This document shows, in pieces, positions 25,065-36,301 of a stretch of DNA of 64,000 bases. This DNA is from Coniocarpon cinnabarinum (taxonomy: Eukaryota), in assembly GCA_051942205.1 (NCBI GenBank), contig JAVECO010000019.1, forward strand, positions 1-64,000. Direction: 5' to 3'. The notes beneath the pieces were generated by a model that worked only from the letters and a program-made list of their open reading frames with translations, was not told the DNA's origin and ran no database searches. The translations under genes were made by a program, and so were the position numbers. Numbering within the stretch: position 1 is the stretch's first letter; the number at the start of each line of letters is the position of its first letter.

Positions 25065-25619
25065 ATGGCGCTTCATAACTACAAGTGGGTATAAATTTGT
25101 GCAGTTATTTTTTTGTGATTGTGGACATGTATTGTATTATTAAATTCTACTAAAAGGAGCTCTATTTGAAGCGCTTAAGCAAGCGCGATTGTGTTCTTGC
25201 TACTTAAGAAGCCTATCTAGGCTGTTGTAGTAGGTGCAAGAGCTCTATGTAGGGGTTACTGTTGCTGGCGTTCTCTTAGTAGGGTAAGAAGTTAGGGTAG
25301 GATAAGATTTAACATAGTTAAAATTAAGGGGCCTGGTAGGGTAAGATCTACTTACCCTGTTTTATATTCTTATTCTGCTCTAACTTCTTATTTTGCTGAG
25401 AGGACGCTGGCGACAGTAACCTCTATACAGAGCTCTCGCACCTACTATAATAGCCTAGATAGGCTTCTTGAGTAGCAAGAACACGATTACGCTTGCTTAA
25501 GCGCTTTTAAATAGTCTTCTTTTGACCTTTTTAGAGGTGCAAAACACGTCTACAATCATACAAAAAAACAGCACACAGTCGCACCAAATTTATACCCACT
25601 TGTAGTTGTGAAGCGCCGT
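25065..25619. mobile_element. Foldback / MITE-like long inverted repeat (~240-bp arms)
   Basis: Left end ATGGCGCTTCATAACTACAAGTGGGTATAAATTTG pairs with right end CAAATTTATACCCACTTGTAGTTGTGAAGCGCCGT. Inner arms 25162-25307 and 25368-25514 differ only by transitions and one indel. Extra hairpin AGGGTAAG-atcta-CTTACCCT in the spacer. No convincing TSD. Confidence 0.85.
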
Positions 25620-26013
25620 CCGGGCAACCAGGCGGCTGACAGCAAAAACACTTGACGTTGTGTTCATAGAGGCTTCATGGAACGTGCAAGAATCCGCATT
25701 GCTCTTGATGCTACTACTTCGAGCGGCATTGAGTTACGCTCCAAGGTGTGCAATTTGTATTGGAGGTACGCGCCGTCACTGGATATACACAAACCAGGCC
25801 AACCTTGACAATGAACTCATCCTCGATAGATTTCGCGTCAGCTCCCACAAACAAATGATCACTTCTTTTCGCCTTCTCCGGTCAAATTGCCCTGCTTTTC
25901 GCGTTCAAATGAGCCTCGCTCGTCTCGCCTGCCCTGGCGCTACTGAATGAGTTATGACAGCTCGTCGTTGCGTTCGAGCTTCCTGCCGAAGAGTTCAATT
26001 TATCAGAAGGGTA

Positions 26014-26646
26014 CTAATATCCATGCCTCCTACTTTGATGCCGCATAGAAGATCCTAGGGCCACTCTGGTTATCTTTCTCATTTGAGATTCACTCGGGTG
26101 AAACATGTGAACCAGCCTTCGCACCATCCTACTCGGTTGATATTCTCTGCTGTCGGAGTGCAAAGCCTTCTTGGATTCGTTCCCAGCGTCATATTTCTGG
26201 TGACGTTTGTTGCAGGCTTCCAGATGACGTGTGAGTGGCTTCAAAATACGTTGCACGTATCCGACCTTCTGCTCTGCTTTGGCTTGTAGTTGAGGGTCAT
26301 CGATGCCGTCTTGGTGGGAGTCAATTTCGCTGTAAAAACTCTCATTGCTGGTTGCGTAACTATCAGTGGAACTGGCACTCGTGCCCATCCGTCTTCCAAA
26401 GTTCTCGCCGTGGTGCTCGGAACGAAACTCATGTGCATGAGCACCCCAGCGCCAAACCTGGTGCCTTTCTCCAAACGAAGCGCCATTGCAAGGATCCCCT
26501 TCATGATACCGACATCTACCGTCGTGCAAAATTGGATCTCCAGGGCGTCCCGCTGCTTGAGGGCTTTCTGTTTGTCCATGATTTCGTTGTTGTTGATCAT
26601 CATGGTGTCGACGTCTGCGCAGCAAGAAGCACATGATAGGGTTCAA
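26014..26646 (-). CDS. Orphan array gene 5 (5' end unresolved, possibly upstream exon(s) from ~26994)
   Basis: GASFGE..WGAHAHEFR, STDSYA and DD..QAK..RILKPLTRH match GAPFGE..FGYHPKTYR, STDSLYA and DD..GAK..RAIVPLRKH of genes 6 and 7. Confidence 0.65.
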   Translation of the reverse strand: MNPIMCFLLRRRRHHDDQQQRNHGQTESPQAAGRPGDPILHDGRCRYHEGDPCNGASFGERHQVWRWGAHAHEFRSEHHGENFGRRMGTSASSTDSYATSNESFYSEIDSHQDGIDDPQLQAKAEQKVGYVQRILKPLTRHLEACNKRHQKYDAGNESKKALHSDSREYQPSRMVRRLVHMFHPSESQMRKITRVALGSSMRHQSRRHGY

Positions 26647-27441
26647 AAAATAATGAAGCCAGTATGAACGAAAACGAGGCGAAGTCTACCACTAGATTTG
26701 ATGTACTAGAGAGGAGTCAGCACCGCGCATCCCCAAATATATAGAACTCCAGACATATCGACACGCAAGACGATCGCACTGCCAGGTGTCAAACAGATTG
26801 TCTGCCTGTACCATTGCTTTTTTAAGGCTGTGACAAGGGGTCGAACGCAGGTCATAACAAGGTGGCTGTCTTTGCCGCGTCGCCGCACCAACAACACATA
26901 TGAAGTGTGGACTTGTTGGTACGCTCCGTTCTTGACAGCCCCCAACGTGGCACATGGCATGGCGACTGTGCCTTGAAAAACGTGACGTAGACATCTTGCG
27001 TGTATGAAGCGATTGCGAAGGAGGGCGTAGCAAAAGATAGGTGGTACACAATGATCCTGCTATTGCGGCACAGCTACGAAGAGGAGTTCCCAAGTTCAGA
27101 CTGCGATGTTTTACTTGCTTGTTGCGATGGAAAATGCCAGCATGCACGTCTAAACAGGGAAATCATTGACTCAAAACGTTTTGGCGACGGATTTGGAGTC
27201 AATGCGGTATCAATCTTTAGGACAACCCCGTCAGATGCAGGGACTTGGCGCTGCTCGACACGACGAGCACAGCAGCATCGTATGCAAAGCTTCAGCTTCC
27301 ATCTTACCCTCCAGACTGTATTCAGAACCCTTTAGCTGAACAGCCTGATAGAAGCTCTCGACAATTGACACCATGCGTTGCTCGCGTATCCGAGTTGTTT
27401 TCTAGCTGACAGACAAGTAAGTAATAGATTGATTTCAGCTA

Positions 27442-28565
27442 TCAATCCTCGCTTTCCTCATCACTGCTGGCATCATCCGCACTCGAAGACTCTGCGCTCG
27501 AGTGACGAGACTCTTTGCCACGGCTGGATCCTCCACCATGTGCACCCTTTGCCCTTTCTGGCAGACGCTTGCTGCTTCCGTCACGTCCACTGTGCCGTGA
27601 CTTCTCGCCAGAGGAGTGATCACCAGATCGAGACGACGCTTCGCTTTCTCCATCTTCACTACTCGGGTCGTCGTGTCTGCCAGGAATTCCCATATTCTTC
27701 CAAGTGGTTCGGTCGGGAGGTGGTTCCCTCGCCGTCGAGGACGACGGCGACGAGTCGCGTTCATCACTGCCGCCTCGGACCCGGCGCTTGAACCTCTTCA
27801 AAAGATCTCTGAGGCCATCTTCCTGCCGCTTAAGCCCATGTACCATTTGTTGTTCTTCCACCTTATCGGGATCTACACTTCTTTCGCTGTCGTCGCTATC
27901 TGACCCGCTCCCGCCGCCATTTGCGTCTGCGCCTGGCTTTCCGTAGTGTTTGCGGAGCGGCACAATGGCTCTCAGGGCTTTCTTGATATCTCGAATCGTC
28001 TTTGCGCCGGCATGCTGATCGTCGAAGCGGCCATCGGAAGAGCTGATGTCGCTGCGTGCCATTTCCGAATCAGCGGAAAGATCGCTGTCGTACTCATCCT
28101 CGTCCTCGCGGCGGTTGCGGTATGTTTTCGGATGGTAACCGAAGAGATACTTTACTTCCCTAATACCTTCAAGTTTAGCCTAATAGTCTTCCTCAGGCTT
28201 CATTCCAACGGTCATGTCCTGGCGCAAAATGACGACAGGCAAAGAGCTTAAGCCTTATTGTTGGGAGAAGAGGCAAAAAAACAAAAGGAAAGAATGCCGT
28301 ACCCGAAAGGCGCGCCTGTCTTGCGCCGGCCAGAGACTTGCTGGTCCCCGACGTGGGCGAGTGGACCGTCTTGGTGTAAGTAGTCTGGTCGTGTGTGGTT
28401 GTAACTGACTCTGTTCACACGAGCAGCACAATGGCCGTGGTGTGCTCCATGTGATTCTTGAGAGTCCTGGGGAGGAGCATCTGAGCGGGGCGACTCATTG
28501 TGTTGACTTCCAGGTTCAAGATGACCATGACTGTGCTTCGACTGTGATTCATGTGTAGTGGACAT
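27442..28565 (-). CDS. Orphan array gene 6 (2 exons)
   Basis: Exon 1 MSTTHESQSKHSHGH...GRRKTGAPFG; intron 28160-28302 (gtacgg..gctaaac..tag); exon 2 continues EVKYLFGYHPK into ORF 27442-28062. Confidence 0.8.
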
Positions 28566-29700
28566 GGTGAGGTTCAAATGAATACAAAATCAAAGCGGAC
28601 TGGGGAGAACATCATAGGAAAAGGGCAAGTAAAGCATATTCATTTAAATGCAGCGATCCACAGACTAGGACTATGACAATGCGAATGAACAGATAATGCA
28701 GAAATCCGGGGCGATGCTGTGAATGACATCTTGCGAGAGCTTCGAAGATGCTATAGGACGTTCATCAAATCGGCCATTAGTGAACACGACGAACACCTTG
28801 AGCTCTGCTCATCGCAATGAATATCCTGTTGAGGCTCATTGTGCGGCCTAAGCACGATAGCGCTGTTGCCTGCAGCGGACACATACAGCCAAATTTACGT
28901 CAGATGACCGTGTAAGCATGTCTAGATCTATCCACATCGACAAATGGCCCTTCGGGAACAGGCATGTAGCCTCATTTAACAATCTTTCCTGCACAGTGAC
29001 AGGTCGCCTGGACGCTCAGACCAGTAGCGAGCGTGATGGGGGAGAAAGCGAGAGTCAGCAATACGGTGGATCATCGGACACTTACTACAGAAGGCATGGA
29101 GTGCGAGGGCACACTGACAAGGTTTCTCGTGATTTTGACAAAGACTAAGGGGATGACACGCTAGAGTTGGGGGCTATCTGCCAGGCAACGTCGTTGAGCC
29201 GCCGTCTGTCTCTATGGTGGCGTCCGATGCTGTCGAGTGCGAGTAGGATTCGAGATGGGCACCGCAAATTGGTCGCGGCTGGGGATTTAGAGGTCTTGAT
29301 TGTGGGAATTCCCTACACACTGGCAGTGCATCCCAGTCGCGACGATATAAGTCTGACATCGGCTGCGTCCAAGCATCCAGCATCAGGCGGGAGGCGCGAT
29401 CGGTCGCCCGCGGGCCCAACCTAACGCTCAGATGCCGACCAAGAGGTGAGGTGTCAAGCCATGGAAGGGAACGCGTCCGTGTGCGCCAGCTGTCTTCTTC
29501 AATGGGAGTATTGGGTTCGGGCTGGAAGGCAGCCTTGCCGTTGCCGTCACCCGTCCTCGCGCATGATATTACCGTTGTAGGAAGAAACATTCTTGGCATT
29601 CCCAGCACGTGATACTGCATCTTCACTCGTGCATCTCGTTGTCAGGCATATCTTACCTATGTGCTTGCGATTCATGGTGGCCGGTGCGCAATCCTCGGCG

Positions 29701-29722
29701 CACACACACACACACACACACA
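29701..29722. repeat. (CA)11 microsatellite
   Basis: Directly visible. Confidence 0.9.
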
Positions 29723-29810
29723 TCGGTATCAACGCAGGCGCTTAGCAACTTCTGATCACAGGCTCGTGTCGTTTCATTCGGCACCCCTGGCGTTACTCCA
29801 ATGACCCTTC

Positions 29811-30736
29811 CTAGTCCTCACTTGATGACGTTCTGCTCTTCTCTTCCTCGCTGCTGGACTGGTCACGGGCCCCACGCTTCCTCCAAGAGGTTGTGTCCGA
29901 TGGTGGTTCATGATATACCGACGACGATGGCGACGAGTCACGCTCAGGTGGCTTTCCACGCACCTCTCTCTTCACGTCTTTCATGACGTTCCTGATATGT
30001 GACTCCAGATTTCTCATTCCATGTACAGCCTGTTGCTTCTCAACTTCGGCTCGATCTGGACTGTGGTCGTCACTTCCATCGGTCTCACTCTTTTGCTCGC
30101 GTGATACCGCTTCCTTTCTGGCCTGTTTCTCGTAGTGCTTATTGAGGCCCATAACTTTGGCCAACGCTTTCTTGAGGTCTCGGATCGTCTTCTCGCCAGC
30201 GTGCTCGTCATCGAAGTGGCCATCCGATGAATTAATATCGCTACGCGCATAGAGCGAATCCGTAGATAGATCTGTGTCCCAGCCATCGTCCGAGTCCTGA
30301 GGGGCGTTATCCTTGTCCGGTTTCTTTCTAAAAACTTTGGGGTGCCAACCGTAATATGTTGTTGCTTTCCTACAACGTTCTTTTAGCCGAATGTCAAGAT
30401 TGGGCGCCTCGCTTTGGGTTTCTCGGATCCCTTGGTAGCGCCTCGGTCACATGTGAGCGCATCTTACCCAAACGGCTTCCCGTCTTTTCGTCTGCCCATT
30501 TGTTCCTCTCGTCTTCCGACTTCGTTGAGGGGCATCTCATGATCGGTGTGAAGGAACTGCGTCGTGTTGAAAACCCTAGACGGTGGTGGAGGAGGTCGAC
30601 GATCTGCATGATCTGCTCTGTGCTGATTCGGGGACCTGTGCAAAGCAGCGTGTGAGTGCGTGCATGGGTGAGAATCCCTTCGAGCTTACCGGTTTCCTTG
30701 GCTGTGGTTGGACCCTGGAGAATGAGTTGATGACAT
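29811..30736 (-). CDS. Orphan array gene 7 (3 exons), clear paralog of gene 6
   Basis: MSSTHSPGSNHSQG; introns 30636-30689 and 30370-30467, the latter at the same PFG| position and phase as in gene 6. Shares ARSDI.SSDG.FDD.HAG.KTIRD.KKAL, VE.QQ.VHG and ERDSSPSSS...EPP.D.T.W. Confidence 0.8.
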
Positions 30737-31686
30737 TTTGAGGGACGGGGGTGATCTCTGCTCAGGGTCTGATTCAGTGTAATACTGAAGAAGTATTCAG
30801 GATGAGCTTTCGTATTTATCGCAGATACAGACTTAGAACACCGCTATTAATAAATACGCGAGTAGGCCACAACCTTGGGTGACGTGGTGGAATCTAGCTG
30901 GCTGATCAGGACAAGTCGCAAGAACGAGTTCAGACTCCAATGACGGAGACAAGACTCTGCTAGTCAGAGCCACGACAGTGCTCTGGACAGCTTGATTCAA
31001 TCCTTTCCAATCCTTCAAGCCATAGGTGTCCTGTTATTATGCACTGTGCAGCTCCACGGAAATGCAGCACATCCGTCACCATGATAGTTCCGGGCTCATA
31101 GACGTCACTCTTAGGATTGCACATTGACGGCGAAAATGCCTTGTGATTTACCAACGGCTTATCTGTAGCCTATAGTGATGTTTCAACACATGTATTCATC
31201 GGCTGCACATAGGGGAAATGGGACCATTTCATTCAAGGATTTCCATTTCACACGTCGGTAAACTCCGGTCCAATATACCGAGTGTGCGCTTTCCGCAGCG
31301 AAAGAATGATTGTGAGCATCAAGTGCGCACAACAGGACCACAGATGGCATCGACCAACGTTTGGCAGTCAGACCAGGGCAAAGCACAAGACGCGAAGTTG
31401 CGCAAAAGGCGGAGCGGCTACGTCAATAGCAGTTCGTGATCACTTACGCGCTTGGATGCTGCAGTCTTGATCATGATAAGAAAGAGTCTCAGCTGTTGTT
31501 GTTCTCCGCTGCGGCCTGTCGGCGTGATCACAGGTTACTCTATGCGGCTTGACCCGGTCATTCCTTTTCTGGCAAGATGATATTCACGTGAATAGTCACG
31601 TGCATGTTGGCGATCGGAGGATAATAATAAGCTGACACGTGCCACACAATTCGTCATCATCTCCTTACGCATCCCTTCGCCCACCT

Positions 31687-33753
31687 TTAGGTCTCCCCGG
31701 GCTCGAGAAACATCGAGTAGAGGATGTCAGGCTCGTTGCCATCGAGCACGTCCACATCGCTAAACAGCAGCACCATCAGATCCATATGACCCTCACCCAA
31801 TTCCGAGTCTAGATCACGGCTCCTACGATTCATTTTCGCACTCTCGCTTTCCTTCTCCTCTGCGTTCGTGGAGGCAAAGTCCTCGTCCTCCTCCAGGAAC
31901 TCGATGTTTTCGTCGAAGATGTCGTTCGCGTAGTCCGAACAGTCGCATCCCTCCTGCTCTCCCTCAACTATGTCCGGGTACACATCGAGGTGCTTCCAGG
32001 CCACAGCGCCTTGTTCAGCTCGCTCCTGAAGAAGCCACAGGAATGTTAACTGCCGTTTGAGTGTCATTCCCATGTTGCCAAACTGCTTGCATTTCTGGCC
32101 CCGTTTGCCACTCCACCGAAACTCGGGAATGATCTGACCGCGGTATGGCGCCAAAGCATCCACAAATGCTTTGACGATCCGGCAGCAGAGCAAGAGATGA
32201 CATGAGAAGTGCACCTTCGGGAGAACCCGCATCTGATCACTGCGTGGTAATAAAACTCGAAGATGGACTGGTTGACGCGATGGTGACTGCTCATGGCATG
32301 CCGTCTTCGACGCAAGATCGCTCAAAAAGTCGCACACGTTGTACGTATAATGCTTGTCGAGGCAGCATTTACATCCGCCGAAGAAGTTTTGGGGCGCTCC
32401 AAACACCGGATCAATGAAGCAAAGATAGTCGAGTGCATCGAAAGCGAGGGTATACCGGCGGGTGAGGAGGAGATTCTCCGGCTGCACTTGCTGAAAGAAT
32501 CGCTGTGCGTGTGGCATTTTCCAAAAGGCGAAGCCATTGCCAGCGTACAACGCATGAGCCGCCTCCGCGTAGTATTGTTTGTTCAACGCTGAGAGAAGCT
32601 GAACATCAGGTCGAGGGTGGACGCTTTCCTCATCTTCTGTAAGGTTGTTCCCCTGCATCAATCTCGTAGGCCGGTAAGTCCAAATCGGCGTCTCGCGGCG
32701 TTCGAGAAAATAAGATGGTGTGACTGCGTAGCTCCAGATCATTGTTCGGACCTCTGGAGGAAGCTTCTCGAGGCCTTGGACCGTCTCAATACTCTCGAAT
32801 CTCTTCTGATTGGCGCGCCTCTCGATCTCGGCGTTCATCATGGTTTCGGCATCTCTTGGGTTAGAGGTTTTAGTGCGACAAAGCGTCTGGGCAGACTTCA
32901 TGTTGAAGGAAGCGCAGAGCTTCTCCACCTTTTTGAGAAAGCGGTCCAGCGTCTCCCACTTGCGTCCAGCAACCTTGATGAACACCTCGGTCTTGGGATC
33001 GTGCATTTCATCCTCCTTGTGTACGCCAGTGTGAGTCTTGCAGCTGCAGGTGTCCTCGGTTCCTGGAGATACTCGGATTCGCGCAGCAACTAATAGAGTG
33101 AAAGGACGATGCACTCCAGGGATCTGAATGCCTTCTGCTCCTTCCGCAGAATTTATCGCGAGTTCACGACTCTCGTTGAATCGCAGTTTGGGGGTCAAGG
33201 TAATACGAAATGTATCGGCAGAGCTTCCAGCATCTGTACACTCTGCATTGTCCATATCGACTCTAGAGATTGTAGCTCGGCAGTATGGCACCTTTCTGAG
33301 TCGGACGACGAGTATCGCCGCGATATTGCGACAATTCCAAGAGCTTGCATCACTTAGAAGATCTTTCTCTGCTGTCACGCATGCGCTAACATAGTTGAAA
33401 GGCTTCACGTCTAGAATCGAGTCTGGCCGACCCCAAGGCTGTCGTACATCAACAGCCACGCCCCGCGCGTATTCTAGATTACGCTCGGATATATCGAGAG
33501 TATGGTCGATCTGCCAGGCGGGTGTTTCTGAGTCACATTCTGCATGAGCAAATGCATGCAAGTTTCGCTTGTTACCGTACATGACTGGCGGTGGAGGTAT
33601 CCAAGGCACAGCAACATCGTCGTGCCATGGTGCAACGTCGTCCAACTGATCAAGGCTGGCGGGCGAGAGCATAGAAGAAAAGGACTCTTGAAACGAGTGG
33701 ATGGTGTAATGAACGTGAGTTTTGAATACGCGCCAGGCAGTAAGTATGTGCAT
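31687..33753 (-). CDS. Hypothetical protein with an internal F-box-like (2EXR-type) motif
   Basis: 688-aa ORF; LEKLPPEVRTMIWSYAV followed by ALNKQYYAEAAHALYAGNGFAF, typical of expanded fungal F-box-like families. Start may be a downstream Met. Confidence 0.7.
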   Translation of the reverse strand: MHILTAWRVFKTHVHYTIHSFQESFSSMLSPASLDQLDDVAPWHDDVAVPWIPPPPVMYGNKRNLHAFAHAECDSETPAWQIDHTLDISERNLEYARGVAVDVRQPWGRPDSILDVKPFNYVSACVTAEKDLLSDASSWNCRNIAAILVVRLRKVPYCRATISRVDMDNAECTDAGSSADTFRITLTPKLRFNESRELAINSAEGAEGIQIPGVHRPFTLLVAARIRVSPGTEDTCSCKTHTGVHKEDEMHDPKTEVFIKVAGRKWETLDRFLKKVEKLCASFNMKSAQTLCRTKTSNPRDAETMMNAEIERRANQKRFESIETVQGLEKLPPEVRTMIWSYAVTPSYFLERRETPIWTYRPTRLMQGNNLTEDEESVHPRPDVQLLSALNKQYYAEAAHALYAGNGFAFWKMPHAQRFFQQVQPENLLLTRRYTLAFDALDYLCFIDPVFGAPQNFFGGCKCCLDKHYTYNVCDFLSDLASKTACHEQSPSRQPVHLRVLLPRSDQMRVLPKVHFSCHLLLCCRIVKAFVDALAPYRGQIIPEFRWSGKRGQKCKQFGNMGMTLKRQLTFLWLLQERAEQGAVAWKHLDVYPDIVEGEQEGCDCSDYANDIFDENIEFLEEDEDFASTNAEEKESESAKMNRRSRDLDSELGEGHMDLMVLLFSDVDVLDGNEPDILYSMFLEPGET

Positions 33754-34072
33754 GAGTTAGTGAAAGTCCCATTATGAAAAAGGAACAAATTAAGTGGCTG
33801 CTGTTATTGGTTATCTGGCAGGTTTGTTTGAGGATGACTGGGAAAAAGACGTGTTCAGACCATTCCGTCCGTTTTGGCCCTCATCCATTGACGTATTGCA
33901 CACATCGGTCGATGCCTCGCCGCATGTGCCGCACCTTTCGGCAATGGACACGTTTAAGCATTTTACTTAATACGTTTTTTCATTTTCCCATTGATCTCGC
34001 ATCCCTGAAGATGCCGTCACAAACTCCGCAGTGTAAGCCTGCCTCTCTAGGCCATAGTAGACAGGGAGGGAC

Positions 34073-35758
34073 ATGTCTCTACCCAGACAGCGCGTCTCGC
34101 TGCAGCAATTCCCTGACGATGTATATGTCTTCTGCTGCGCCTTGCTCTTCACCGCACGCTGGTGCCTGCTTTCCAGACGAAATGTGCCACTTCTCGAGGC
34201 GCGCGGTATATGTGGGCCTCCAGACCCATCTTCATCACCACGCTTATCACGGACACCAACACGCAACCCGCGCTCACCACAGATTGCGCAAAGAACTGAC
34301 ATGGATGGCGACGAGTCACAGCCAACATCACGATCATCGTCGGTGTTTTCGTCGATGTCTTCCCTGTCGAGTTCAACGACTACCACAAAAGCCACCACAA
34401 CCACCACCGTCACTACGACCACCCGAGAGACTGTCGAGACCACAACTTCATCAGACTCTGATAAACCCAATCAAAGACTACGCCTAGTAGAAGACGCCGG
34501 GTCCTTGCGCTCGGCTCAGCACACCTACGTCGATGCATCAACGCAGACAGATAGGGTCAATGAAGCTAATGCAGTACCGGAGAATAGCAGCAGCAGCACC
34601 CACAGCAATTCAAATGTGGCGGCGCGTAAAGCCAATCAAATTGACAAAGCAACACAGACCGAGGATCTTTATGATTCCGACGGAAGTAAGCAATCGCATA
34701 AGACGCAGGTAGAGGAACCCTCTCCGCAAAACGACGTGCGTACCCAAGTAGACGCATCGACTCAGACAGAGGGTTCCTCGCAATCCATTGATCCAGATGC
34801 TCCTAGCGATAAACAAGAGCCAAACGCTGCAACGTCCTCGGACGAAAACCCCCAAGACGACTCATTAGCCGCCTTCGAAGCCGACTCCACCCACTACGCC
34901 TTCGACACCGCCTCCCAGCTTCCGCCCCTCGTCCTCAAAGGCAAAAAAGAACCCCACCACTACCGCAACGCCTACAACAAATACCGCAGCCTCCTCAGCG
35001 AAATCCTGCACCCCGCCCCACCCAGCCCCTTCCTCGACCTCAGCGACGCCGGCTCCTTCACCTGGCGCCAAATTATGCACCTCATCCGCGACGACGTCCA
35101 GCATAAGATGCGTCTCCCCAGCCGGAGCCGGTCATGTGACCATTTCGCGTTTACGCGCAAGAAAGATGAACGCACTTTTGTTAAGGTGATGAGCTATCCC
35201 GACCTCGAACCGGCGGGGAGTGGCTACGAATTCGAGCATTTGCCGCTGTGTCAGCATTTTGATAGGGATGAGCTCGTGCGCGTGGCGGCGTGTTTCACGG
35301 CGTATGCGCGGGGTCGACTCGAGGAGTTTGGCAGGAACGGGAGTACCGAGCGGTCGCCGTCGATCAGGAGTAAGATCTTGAGATGTGGCGTTTGTCCGTC
35401 GGAGTACCGTCTCGGTGTCAGCTATCGACAGCTCAGTTTACAGTATACAGAGTCGCCAGTGCAAGGAAAGTGGCAGCCGCGCTTCGAATGGATCGACAAG
35501 CCAGAGTTGCACTTTCTATTTGAGCGGTGGATCAATTTGGGGTTGTTCAATTCGGCGGAGGAGAAGGAATGGAATGAACTCAAGACGGCGAGGGCGAAGA
35601 GGTCGAAGCGGGAGAGGTTGACGAGGAGAAGAACTCCGACGGTGGTATTATTTGATTGGGAGGCTGAGGGATTCGAGGGGGCGAGAGGGGTGATGGAGCC
35701 GGGGGAAGAGGCGGAGGTGGTGCGGAGGCTTGAGGAGTTGCTGCCGATCGGCGTGTGA
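34073..35758 (+). CDS. Hypothetical F-box-like protein with disordered Thr/Ser-rich insert and repeated TQT motifs
   Basis: 561-aa ORF; degenerate N-terminal LQQFPDDV; C-terminal CGVCPSEY...WINLG motif seen in fungal F-box-associated proteins; DASTQTD, DKATQTE and DASTQTE. Confidence 0.7.
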   Translation: MSLPRQRVSLQQFPDDVYVFCCALLFTARWCLLSRRNVPLLEARGICGPPDPSSSPRLSRTPTRNPRSPQIAQRTDMDGDESQPTSRSSSVFSSMSSLSSSTTTTKATTTTTVTTTTRETVETTTSSDSDKPNQRLRLVEDAGSLRSAQHTYVDASTQTDRVNEANAVPENSSSSTHSNSNVAARKANQIDKATQTEDLYDSDGSKQSHKTQVEEPSPQNDVRTQVDASTQTEGSSQSIDPDAPSDKQEPNAATSSDENPQDDSLAAFEADSTHYAFDTASQLPPLVLKGKKEPHHYRNAYNKYRSLLSEILHPAPPSPFLDLSDAGSFTWRQIMHLIRDDVQHKMRLPSRSRSCDHFAFTRKKDERTFVKVMSYPDLEPAGSGYEFEHLPLCQHFDRDELVRVAACFTAYARGRLEEFGRNGSTERSPSIRSKILRCGVCPSEYRLGVSYRQLSLQYTESPVQGKWQPRFEWIDKPELHFLFERWINLGLFNSAEEKEWNELKTARAKRSKRERLTRRRTPTVVLFDWEAEGFEGARGVMEPGEEAEVVRRLEELLPIGV

Positions 35759-36301
35759 AGTAGGTCGGATCATGATTATGGAGCGGATGTACTTACATGT
35801 TGAGCTCAGGTAGTGTTTGTGATAGACAGCAAGGCGTTGGTGGGAATTTCAAAGGATCGGGTCTCACACAAGAAGCAGCATAGTGGCCTCTAGCAATGAT
35901 ACGTTTCATGCTTGCATGATCACTTTCTGACAGCTCAGCTTTGGCAGCATGGGAGACGGCTCTTTCTGGATTCGGGGATAGTGTACTTGCGCTTTCTATA
36001 GACTGCCGAAGTTCTCTGTTACGTGCTATCATACATCAGCGCAAGCACGCTCCACATGTGACGCCTTCTCTCGAGCCTGGGAGTATCGGCAGTGCTACTC
36101 GAATACGCGTCAACGTCATCACACACATCCCCTAACTTTCACCAGGGCCAGCGACCCAAGTGAGGTCTGGCAAGCTACAGTGTTTGGCCAAGTATCAGTA
36201 GCACAGCTGCATTCAGAGATCAACTCCGAGGTGCCCATTCTTTCGCCCAAACCTGACTGACATCTCGTCCATCGCCAAGCCTGCCGTGGGACCGTCAAAA
36301 G

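Noticed and set aside
28177..28179. In-frame TAG upstream of ORF 27442 suggesting editing or a pseudogene
   Set aside because: It falls inside the 28160-28302 intron defined by comparison with gene 7.
29174..29626. 150-aa minus-strand ORF between genes 6 and 7
   Set aside because: Non-ATG start, and no similarity to the array motifs or to known domains that I can see.
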